The notes below the pieces were generated by a model. The model was not told the DNA's origin, made no database searches, and saw nothing but the letters and a program-made list of their open reading frames with translations. Below, piece by piece: positions 56,939-64,000 of a stretch of 64,000 nucleotides of DNA. Where the stretch lies: the NCBI GenBank assembly GCA_963826105.1, contig CAWGWA010000011.1:67823-131822 (forward strand). Direction: 5' to 3'. Position 1 is the stretch's first letter, and each line of letters opens with the position of its first letter. The position numbers and the translations under genes are program-made. Source of the stretch: an uncultured Actinomycetes bacterium (lineage in GTDB: Bacteria; Actinomycetota; CADDZG01; WHSQ01).

Positions 56939-58159
56939 ATGGCGATCGTTCCTGATACCAGCACGATCTGGCAGCGAGCGTTCGCGACCCGTGCCGGGAG
57001 TGACGAGGAGGGCGGTCTTGCGGCGATCCTGGCCCTCGCCGGGGCGACCGACATCATCTCCTTCGCAGGCGGCTTCCCAGACCCCGAGACCTTCCCCGGC
57101 CGGGTCCTCAGCGATATCTTCGAGCGCCTGATCGCTTCGGGCGATCCATCGGTGCTCCAGTACGCGCCCGTGGCTGGATTGCCGGGTCCGCGTGACTTCA
57201 TGGCCGGACGTCTCGAGCAGCTCGAAGGCGCAAGACCGGCCGACGACGAACTGATCATCACCAGCGGCACGATCGAGGCGATCGAGCTCCTGAGCAAGAG
57301 CCTCCTCGATCCGGGCGATCTCGTTCTCGTCGAGGGACCTACCTACCTCGGTGCCATCATGGCGTTCGAGAGCTACGAGGCCAACGTCGTCGTCGTTCCG
57401 ATGGACGAGCACGGCGTCGATGTCGAGCAACTCGACAGCACTATCAACCGCCTCGGGCCCCCGAAGTTCTTCTACACGATCCCCGACTACCAGAACCCGG
57501 CGGGCATCACCCTGAGCGAAGAACGTCGGCAGTCGCTGGTGGACGTCGCACGCAAACATGGCTTCCTGATCGTCGAGGATGTGGCCTACCGCGAGCTCGG
57601 CTTTGCTGGCGAGCGCCTCACTAGTCTGTGGACCCTGGCTCCCGACGTCGTGCTCCAGGCAGGGACGTTCTCCAAGACGTTCGTTCCCGGGACCCGGCTT
57701 GGCTGGGGCGCCGGACCGAAAGAGATCGTCGCCAAGATGGTGTGGGCAAAGCAGAACACCGATCAATGCGCCGGTGCTCTCGGGCAGCGGCTGCTCGAGG
57801 AGTATGGCCGTGCCGGCGGACTTGACGATCAAGCGATCCGCTCCCGCACGCTCTACGGGCGGCGTTGTGGACTCTTGATGGACGCCCTCGACGCGCACAT
57901 GCCCGGATCGGTGACTTGGACGAGACCGACCGGAGGCTTCTTCTCGTGGATGTCGCTCCCCGAAGGCAATGACGGGATCGAGTTGGCTCGTCGATCTGTC
58001 GCCGAGGGCGTAGCCATCGTTCCGGGGGCTCCCTTCTTCCCGGGAAGCGGTGGAGCGCAGAACGTTCGTCTGTCGTTCAGCCGGGTTCCCGACGCATCCA
58101 TCGATGAGGGGATCGAACGACTCGCCTCTCTCATCACGCCGACGAAAGGATCCAACTGA
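56939..58159 (+). CDS. PLP-dependent aminotransferase (class I/II, LysN/2-aminoadipate-type)
   Basis: 406 aa. ISFAGGFPDPETFP...YTIPDYQNPAGITL...GTFSKTFVPGTRLGW (PLP Lys) ...NVRLSFS. Confidence 0.8.
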   Translation: MAIVPDTSTIWQRAFATRAGSDEEGGLAAILALAGATDIISFAGGFPDPETFPGRVLSDIFERLIASGDPSVLQYAPVAGLPGPRDFMAGRLEQLEGARPADDELIITSGTIEAIELLSKSLLDPGDLVLVEGPTYLGAIMAFESYEANVVVVPMDEHGVDVEQLDSTINRLGPPKFFYTIPDYQNPAGITLSEERRQSLVDVARKHGFLIVEDVAYRELGFAGERLTSLWTLAPDVVLQAGTFSKTFVPGTRLGWGAGPKEIVAKMVWAKQNTDQCAGALGQRLLEEYGRAGGLDDQAIRSRTLYGRRCGLLMDALDAHMPGSVTWTRPTGGFFSWMSLPEGNDGIELARRSVAEGVAIVPGAPFFPGSGGAQNVRLSFSRVPDASIDEGIERLASLITPTKGSN

Positions 58160-58584
58160 TGGCCGATGCCGACCGCTACTTCGCGCAGCAGAGTGGCGCA
58201 CGTCCCGAGGGAGAGGGGTCATTCGTCAACTGGGGCGGCCTGGAACCGATCGAGGTCGTCCCCGGACTCCGATTCCAGCCCGTGCTGGGAGACCGTTTGA
58301 TGGTGAACATCGTTTCGTTCGCTCCTAACACCGAGGCGCCGATCCACTGGCACGACGAGGAGCAGATCAGCTTCGTGATCGAAGGCGAATTCGAGTTCGA
58401 AGTCGGGGGCCAGAAGCAGACGGTCACGAAGGGCGGGGCCGTACACATCCCGCCTAACGTTCCTCACGGAGCTCGTACTTACGACAAGAGCTGTGTCCAG
58501 GTGGACGTTTTCAATCCGCCGCGCAAGGGACTGTTAGAACTGATGGGACTGATAGGGGCGGACGGAGAAAGGACCGATCGATAG
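58159..58584 (+). CDS. cupin domain protein
   Basis: 141 aa with EAPIHWHDEEQISFVIEGEFEFEVGG...VHIPPNVPHGA. Start overlaps the aminotransferase stop (ATGA). Confidence 0.7.
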   Translation: MADADRYFAQQSGARPEGEGSFVNWGGLEPIEVVPGLRFQPVLGDRLMVNIVSFAPNTEAPIHWHDEEQISFVIEGEFEFEVGGQKQTVTKGGAVHIPPNVPHGARTYDKSCVQVDVFNPPRKGLLELMGLIGADGERTDR

Positions 58585-58586
58585 TC

Positions 58587-59371
58587 ATGGATCTTCAACT
58601 CGACGGCCGCAAGGCGATCGTAACTGGAGGCTCCAAAGGTCTGGGCCGAGCCATCGCAGAAGAACTGGCACGCGAGGGCGCTCACGTCGCGATCTGTTCG
58701 CGCGATCACGAGGAAGTCAGTAGCGCCGGAAAAGAACTCGAGGAGCACGGAGTGAAGGTCTTCGCTCAAGCCGCCGACGTCACGGATCCCGAGCAAGTGA
58801 AGGGGTTCATCTCAGCCTCGGCGGATGCTCTCGGTGGGGTCGACATCCTCGTGAACAACGCCGGCCGCGCCCACCCCGGAACGTTCCAGACCCTTACCGA
58901 CGAGGACTGGAAGGAGGACCTCGATATCAAACTCTTCTCGATGATCCGCTGCTCGCGCGAGGTCCTACCTCACCTCAGGAAGTCGGGCGGGGGTCGCATC
59001 ATCAACATCAACGCGGTGCAGGGCAAGTCGCCGGACCCCAAGTTCTTCGCCACCACGACCGACCGGGCCGCGTGCCTCGCGTTCACGAAGGCGCTGGCAC
59101 TCGAGCTGGCGCCGGACAACGTGCTCGTGAATTCGGTGAACATCGGGTTCGTGGTCACCCCTCAATGGAAGAACATCCACCAGTTCCGGGCCCCCGACCT
59201 CGCCGGAAGAGGAGTTCTTCACCTCCCTGAGTAAGGCCGAGGTTCCCGCTGGGTCGCATGGGAGACGCGACCGAGGTCTCCGGGATCGTCGCGTTCCTGG
59301 CGGGCGGCCGGTCCAGCTACATCACCGGAGCCAGCATCGACGTCGCCGGGGGCATGGGTCGTTACATCTGA
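58587..59371 (+). pseudogene. short-chain dehydrogenase/reductase (FabG-like), two frameshifts near the 3' end
   Basis: TGGSKGLGRAIA and NNAG. After ...RAPDL the expected PEEEFFTSLSKAEVPAG is in the +1 frame (shift near 59203). GRMGDATEVSGIVAFLAGGRSSYITGASIDVAGGMGRYI* is in the +2 frame (shift near 59252, G-run). Confidence 0.85.
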
Positions 59372-59728
59372 TCAACGCTGGGCGGCGCACGAAACACACA
59401 GGGTCGCCCAGGGAAGGCCTTCCACGCGCGCCGGAGCGATCGGGCCGCCGCATACGTCGCAGATCCCGTAATTTCCCTCGTCCAGCTTGGCGAGTGCCCG
59501 GGTGACATCGGCCAGTACGACCTGCATCTGATCGTGGAGTTCGACCTGAACCAACCGTTCGACCGCGTAGCTCGTTCCCTCGCCGACGCGCTTCCCGAAG
59601 GAGATGTTGCTCGCGTCCTCGGGCGGAGCCGTCATCCGGTCCATGTCGGCCACAAGTTGCGACCGCTTGCCTTCTAGTGCCGCACGTACGGACCCTTCAT
59701 CCATCCCCCGACCATAGTCGGAGCCCAT
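59372..59728 (-). CDS. TraR/DksA-family C4 zinc-finger protein
   Basis: C-terminal GNYGICDVCGGPIAPARVEGLPWATLCVSCA (CxxC-N17-CxxC). Start is uncertain: ATG at 59728 or 59704. The tracked ORF extends to 59905. Confidence 0.75.
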   Translation of the reverse strand: MGSDYGRGMDEGSVRAALEGKRSQLVADMDRMTAPPEDASNISFGKRVGEGTSYAVERLVQVELHDQMQVVLADVTRALAKLDEGNYGICDVCGGPIAPARVEGLPWATLCVSCAAQR

Positions 59729-59744
59729 GGCATGATGACGCCCG

Positions 59745-61292
59745 ATGCAGACCCTGAGATCGAGAGCGGCGTTGCGGCCACGATGGATCGCCGCCGCGGT
59801 CGTCGTAACGATCGCTCTGGGCCTTCCGGGAGAACCGTTCGTCCGTGCCGCCAAGAGTGTCCCCGAGTGCAAGAAGGGGAAGTCGGTCACGCTCAAAGGC
59901 TCCATCGGTGTGGATCAGATCAATACCTACCTCGAGGTTCCCTTCAAAGTTGCTGAGGGCGTCTCAAAGTTGAGCGTGACCTACAAATACACCGGGGAGA
60001 AAACCGTTCTCGACCTGGGCATCTGGGACGCCGACGGTTTCAACCACTGGGGGTTCCGAGGGTGGTCTGGGAGCCGCCAAGGGCGGCTTCCCGATCAACC
60101 GCCGGTCGTGATCCAAGCCGACAAAGCTTCTCGCAACTACAACCCGGCCCCCATCGAGTTTGGGAAGTGGCACGTCGAACTAGGCGTGGGCCACATCGAA
60201 GAGGAATCCAACTACACGATCGTCGTGAAGTGTCGCAAGGTCCCAGTGCGAAAACCACCTAAGCCCGATCCGGTCGATGTCACGCACGTAGCAAACCCGG
60301 ATGCTGGTTGGTACTTCGGTGACTTCCACATGCACGCGTACCACTCCAACCTGAACGCTCCGACCCAATCCGAGTTCGTCGGCTATGCAGAGGCTGCGGG
60401 GCTCGACTTCCTGCCGATCACGGAGTACCAGATCAACCGGCACTGGAACGAGTGGGGCACAACCGCTGAAGAGAATCCCGAACTGATCTTCTGGCCGGGA
60501 CGCGAGGTCATCACGTACTTCGGACACGCGAACATCATCGGTGAGACGCCCAAGATGGTGGAATACCGGCACGACTACAAGAACGTCTCGATCGCGAACA
60601 TCCAGCAGAAGTCGGTGGATGCTGGCGCGTTGTTCCAGATCAACCACCCGACCACTACTCCCCCTCCGACCGACTATCTGTGCCGCGGATGTTTTTGGGA
60701 ACTTGACCCCGAAACCGACTACTCGCTCGTCGACACGATCGAGATAGCGAACGGTGGCAGCGGCGGCGAAACCTTCTACAACACGGCGATCGAATTCTGG
60801 GAAGAGAAGCTCTTGGCCGGCCATTTCATCGCGCCAACCGGAGGTTCCGATGACAAGCTCGGTCCGAGCTACGGGGTCCCCGCCACTGCGGTCTACGCCG
60901 AAGAACTGTCCCGTCCCGCCTTGATCGAGGCTATCCGTGCGGGGCATGTGTGGGTGGCAGTTCTGGGCGTGGCGGCCAGCCCCACGATCGAGTTCACCGC
61001 TTCAGGCGGCGGGGAAACAGCGATGTTCGGCGGAACAGTGCCGGCGGCAACCGCCGACTTCACCGTCCACGTCACCAACGGGATGGGGCAGACGCTGCGC
61101 ATCTTCCAGGACGGAGAGCTACTCCCCACGGAAGCAGTGATCCCGATCACCTCGGACGATTTCATCCACGAGTTCGAGGGCACTGCCGCCACCACCGAAA
61201 ACCCTCTGGGGAGTTACTTCCGGATCGAGACCCGCGGCGTGGACGGTCTCAGCACCCTCGGGATGCCGATCTTCCTCCTTCCCCCGGGCTGA
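59745..61292 (+). CDS. secreted CehA/McbA-like (PHP-domain) metallohydrolase
   Basis: Signal peptide, an N-terminal beta-rich domain, then GDFHMHAYHSN...LPITEYQ...INHPT...IANGGSG, consistent with a PHP-fold metal site. Family is from memory. Confidence 0.6.
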   Translation: MQTLRSRAALRPRWIAAAVVVTIALGLPGEPFVRAAKSVPECKKGKSVTLKGSIGVDQINTYLEVPFKVAEGVSKLSVTYKYTGEKTVLDLGIWDADGFNHWGFRGWSGSRQGRLPDQPPVVIQADKASRNYNPAPIEFGKWHVELGVGHIEEESNYTIVVKCRKVPVRKPPKPDPVDVTHVANPDAGWYFGDFHMHAYHSNLNAPTQSEFVGYAEAAGLDFLPITEYQINRHWNEWGTTAEENPELIFWPGREVITYFGHANIIGETPKMVEYRHDYKNVSIANIQQKSVDAGALFQINHPTTTPPPTDYLCRGCFWELDPETDYSLVDTIEIANGGSGGETFYNTAIEFWEEKLLAGHFIAPTGGSDDKLGPSYGVPATAVYAEELSRPALIEAIRAGHVWVAVLGVAASPTIEFTASGGGETAMFGGTVPAATADFTVHVTNGMGQTLRIFQDGELLPTEAVIPITSDDFIHEFEGTAATTENPLGSYFRIETRGVDGLSTLGMPIFLLPPG

Positions 61293-61346
61293 GGACTCCT
61301 ACGTCTGGCCCATACGGGCTACTCGGGGGGGCGCGGTCGCTGGGTC

Positions 61347-61397
61347 CCCAAACCGTGATGATGGGAGCGCTTCACTCCGTTGAGCGCCGCGGGGACT
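61347..61397 (+). other. orphan 51-bp copy of the kinase H-box coding segment
   Basis: 46 of 51 nt are identical to 62176-62226. It encodes P.TVMMGALHSVERRGD versus PLTVMMGALHTIERRGD in the kinase. It ends at a TGA (61397-61399) and has no flanking kinase sequence. Confidence 0.8.
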
Positions 61398-61469
61398 GAA
61401 TGACATTCCCCGGACATCGGGGTCTGCGGGCTCATCTATGCGGGCCTCGAAGAAGGTCTCGATACCCAT

Positions 61470-62849
61470 TTGGTGCTGGCCCGCTCGGGCCCCGTTGGTT
61501 TCAGCCGAGATGAAGCCGCACTGCTTGGCAATATGGCGCGGTCGCTGGGTCTCGTGGTCAGGATGCTCCGCACCTTGGAAGCGGAGCGAGCGGCCTCGGC
61601 ACTACTTCTGGAACGGCAGCAGCTGTTCGAACGTCTCTCGGAGATCCAGAGATCGATCTCGCACCGCGCTCCTCTGCAGGAGGTGCTCGACGCGATCACC
61701 GAAGGTACCGGTGCTCTGATCGGTGACGACACTGCGGGACTCAGATTCATCGACCCGAACGATAGGAACTTCCTGTACCTTGCCTCCTCACGCGGTGTCG
61801 ACGACGCCATGCTCGAGCAGATCCGCCGAGGGCCCGTCCACGAGGGAGCCGGCGGCCGCGCAGTAACCGAGGGCAGACTGGTGATCATCGAGGACTACGC
61901 AACCGCGAGCAACACGGTCGGTCAGCTCGCGGGACAAGGTTTGCAGAGTGCCATGGCCGCCCCGGTGTATCAGGAAGGCGAGATCGCCGGAAGCCTCGTC
62001 ACTGCGAGCTACAAGGTGGGGCGCACCTATTCCGAATGCGAGAAAGAGGTTCTCCTCGCCATGGCGGCCTACGCAAGCATCGCGGTCACCGACGCGAAGA
62101 CGGTAGCGGCGATGAAGGAGGCGCGCCAGGCGAAGGAGATGTTCCTAGCGATGGTCTCCCATGAGCTCAAGACTCCCCTAACCGTGATGATGGGCGCCCT
62201 TCACACCATTGAGCGCCGCGGGGACTCGATCGACAAGCAGCTCCGCGACGAACTGCTGCACGCGGCCATCAAGCGGGGCCATGACCTGCAACGACTCATC
62301 GAGATGCTGCTCAAGGGAGCCCGGGCAGAGCTGGCAGGAGCGAGCAGCAACGTCAGGCTCTCCGACCTCGTCGGCTCGGCTCTCAAGGGATTCGATGCGG
62401 TACGACCGATCAATGTTGAATCGCACACCGACCTCTCTCTGTTCGTCGACGACGCTGCCGTTGCTCAGATCCTCGGAGTCTTCCTCGACAACGCGATCGC
62501 ACACAGCGAGGAAGGCTCGCCCATCACCGTCACATCTGCCGTCGAAGAGGCGAACGTACGTATCTCGGTAAGGAACGAGGGAAGCCTGGGGCCCGAAACC
62601 GACCCGGAGGATCTCTTCAAGCCCTTCCACCGGGGGGCGGATGCGACGTCTTCGGGAGTGGGCCTCGGCCTCTATATCGCGCGACAGCTCGCCGAAGCCT
62701 TGGACGGACGCGTGGATGTCGCGAGCGATGGGGGCGTCACGTTCATGCTCTCGTTCCCGGTCGTCGCTCCGGCGGCATCCGGATCGATCGACATGGACGT
62801 CTCGGCCATTACCAACCGGAAGCCGGTCGAGATCCCATCCATCGGGTGA
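61470..62849 (+). CDS. GAF-domain sensor histidine kinase, apparently 5'-truncated
   Basis: HisKA (MVSHELKTPLTV) and HATPase (NAIAHS...GVGLGLYIARQLAE) domains. One complete GAF domain. The N-terminus begins in the middle of another GAF domain (frame open from 61404: HSPDIGVCGLIYAGLEEGLDTHLVLARSGPVGFSRDEAALL). The first ATG/GTG/TTG is TTG 61470. Confidence 0.8.
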   Translation: MVLARSGPVGFSRDEAALLGNMARSLGLVVRMLRTLEAERAASALLLERQQLFERLSEIQRSISHRAPLQEVLDAITEGTGALIGDDTAGLRFIDPNDRNFLYLASSRGVDDAMLEQIRRGPVHEGAGGRAVTEGRLVIIEDYATASNTVGQLAGQGLQSAMAAPVYQEGEIAGSLVTASYKVGRTYSECEKEVLLAMAAYASIAVTDAKTVAAMKEARQAKEMFLAMVSHELKTPLTVMMGALHTIERRGDSIDKQLRDELLHAAIKRGHDLQRLIEMLLKGARAELAGASSNVRLSDLVGSALKGFDAVRPINVESHTDLSLFVDDAAVAQILGVFLDNAIAHSEEGSPITVTSAVEEANVRISVRNEGSLGPETDPEDLFKPFHRGADATSSGVGLGLYIARQLAEALDGRVDVASDGGVTFMLSFPVVAPAASGSIDMDVSAITNRKPVEIPSIG

Positions 62850-62853
62850 TCCC

Positions 62854-63699
62854 CTAAGGCTGGTTTCCTTCGCCGGGCGGAGCGTTGCGCAGATACCTCT
62901 CGATCTCGGTGGCCAGTTGTTCACCGGAGACGATCGGTTGGTCCGCCTGCATGGATTCGAGCGACCGCACGTGCTCCTGCGCCTCGGGCTGCCCGGCGAT
63001 CAGTTCGTCGAGTTGGGCTCGATGGACCTTTGCATCTTCTTCCAGGGAGTCCAACGGGACATCGATCCCGAGGTGAACGCCGACCCTCTGGAGCAGCGCG
63101 ATCACTCCGGGTGGATAGGAGCCCGGTGCGTAGTGGGGCACCTGGACGAAGAACCCGACCGTCGGTACCCCGGCCTCCGAGACCTCCTTGTCCACCATGC
63201 TTACCGCCGCTGCCGGGACCCGGAGCAGCCCCGAGGGCGGGCGAACATCTCCCGCGAGGAGGTCGGGATCCGAGGCGGTCGTAAGGATCGGGGACGGAAG
63301 GGTGTGAGGGACCGCAGCCGGGACCGAGCCCAGGGTGATCAGCTGCTCGATCTCGAAGTGAGCCGCTAGCTCGGCGACCGCGGCCGAAAACCGCTTCCAA
63401 CCGAGGTCCGGCTCCTGACCGGTAAGGAGCAGGAGGTCCTTGTTCCCGATCGTCGCATGACGAAGGACGACCTCCGGCCACACCACCTGTGTCATGGCGC
63501 CATCGACGATGTCTAGCACCGGCCGTTGTGATCGGTAATCGAAGAGCGAGTCCGGATCGAACGTCGCCACGATCTGCCCATCGCCGGCGAGGTGGCTCGC
63601 GGCGCTGGTCCCGACCGCGCCGGCGTCGACCCATCCGGACAGCGCAGAGAGCATCACGGGGTGGTTGAGAGCCGGTTCCTCGGACAGCGTGTACATCAT
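62854..63699 (-). CDS. PAC2 (proteasome assembly chaperone 2-like) family protein
   Basis: I prefer ATG 63699 (MMYTLSEEP...). PVMLSALSGWVDAGAVG...LLLLTGQEPDLGWKRF...LGSVPAAVPHT...VQVPHY is typical of actinobacterial PAC2 proteins. Confidence 0.75.
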   Translation of the reverse strand: MMYTLSEEPALNHPVMLSALSGWVDAGAVGTSAASHLAGDGQIVATFDPDSLFDYRSQRPVLDIVDGAMTQVVWPEVVLRHATIGNKDLLLLTGQEPDLGWKRFSAAVAELAAHFEIEQLITLGSVPAAVPHTLPSPILTTASDPDLLAGDVRPPSGLLRVPAAAVSMVDKEVSEAGVPTVGFFVQVPHYAPGSYPPGVIALLQRVGVHLGIDVPLDSLEEDAKVHRAQLDELIAGQPEAQEHVRSLESMQADQPIVSGEQLATEIERYLRNAPPGEGNQP

Positions 63700-63739
63700 C
63701 TCGGCAAGGCTAACCGCCCTCGCCGGGGCCACTTTCGAA

Positions 63740-64000
63740 CTACCCCGCGCTGAGGGCCGCCGACCAATCGATGCTGACTCCATCTTGGACGTCGCTACGT
63801 CGCTTCGCCGGGAGGTTGGCACCGGGGAACACCAGAGCCATCGCATCCGCGGGGACCCCTATCCCGATCCTGACCTGGCTCGACGCTTCTCCATCGGCGA
63901 TCGCGTTTAGAACGAGGCCCCAGACATCCAAGCCGTCCTTCTGGAATCCGAGTGGCTGGGCCGACTGAACGACGGCTCGACACGACGTTCCCGTCGCGAG
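63740..64000 (-). CDS. hypothetical protein, 3' end only (continues beyond the window)
   Basis: The minus frame is open from the window edge to TAG at 63740-63742 (...GLDVWGLVLNAIADGEASSQVRIGIGVPADAMALVFPGANLP...). No family recognised. Confidence 0.3.
   Translation of the reverse strand, partial: LATGTSCRAVVQSAQPLGFQKDGLDVWGLVLNAIADGEASSQVRIGIGVPADAMALVFPGANLPAKRRSDVQDGVSIDWSAALSAG

Overview
High-GC (about 60-66% by hand counts) chromosomal segment that looks like Actinomycetota: an actinobacterial-type suf operon containing a Rieske gene, a PAC2-family protein, a PIG-L deacetylase, a two-domain laccase and a standalone LigD polymerase domain. All calls come from reading the six-frame ORF track and the raw sequence, so family assignments rest on recognised motifs, not database searches. 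The window is densely coding with housekeeping and accessory genes. These include CoxD/CoxE/XdhC-type molybdoenzyme maturation genes, a delta-9 desaturase, sodA, a GH25 muramidase, an RpoD-family sigma factor, and a sulfur-trafficking neighbourhood (thiI, a MoaD/ThiS-like carrier, rhodanese, sufB/D/C/S/U). Also present are two c-di-GMP enzymes, an ABC exporter with a very large FtsX permease, a CDF transporter plus small laccase, an NfeD-stomatin pair, ferrochelatase and a GAF histidine kinase. There is one tRNA (Val-TAC) and no rRNA, transposase, phage gene or CRISPR array. The most interesting locus is 31.2-32.7 kb. It holds a 28-codon ORF whose leader matches the lasso-peptide leader motif position for position, followed by a PqqD-family (RRE) protein and an HPr-kinase-like enzyme. 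No lasso cyclase or leader peptidase occurs anywhere in the window, and the predicted 9-residue core has no hydroxyl residue. Other notable structure: (1) the suf operon is split by an oppositely oriented EamA transporter gene, with the same GGTTAGGC-N3-CCTAA palindrome upstream of both halves; (2) three tandem 31-bp hairpin repeats lie between nfeD and the stomatin gene; (3) an operator-like repeat array lies upstream of the desaturase; (4) a 5'-truncated histidine kinase sits downstream of a 51-bp copy of its own H-box segment; (5) a low-GC flank abuts the tRNA 3' end. Major caveat: at least a dozen conserved genes are broken by single-base frameshifts, roughly one per 4 kb. The assembly therefore probably carries indel errors, and short-ORF boundaries, including the peptide core, should be confirmed by resequencing.
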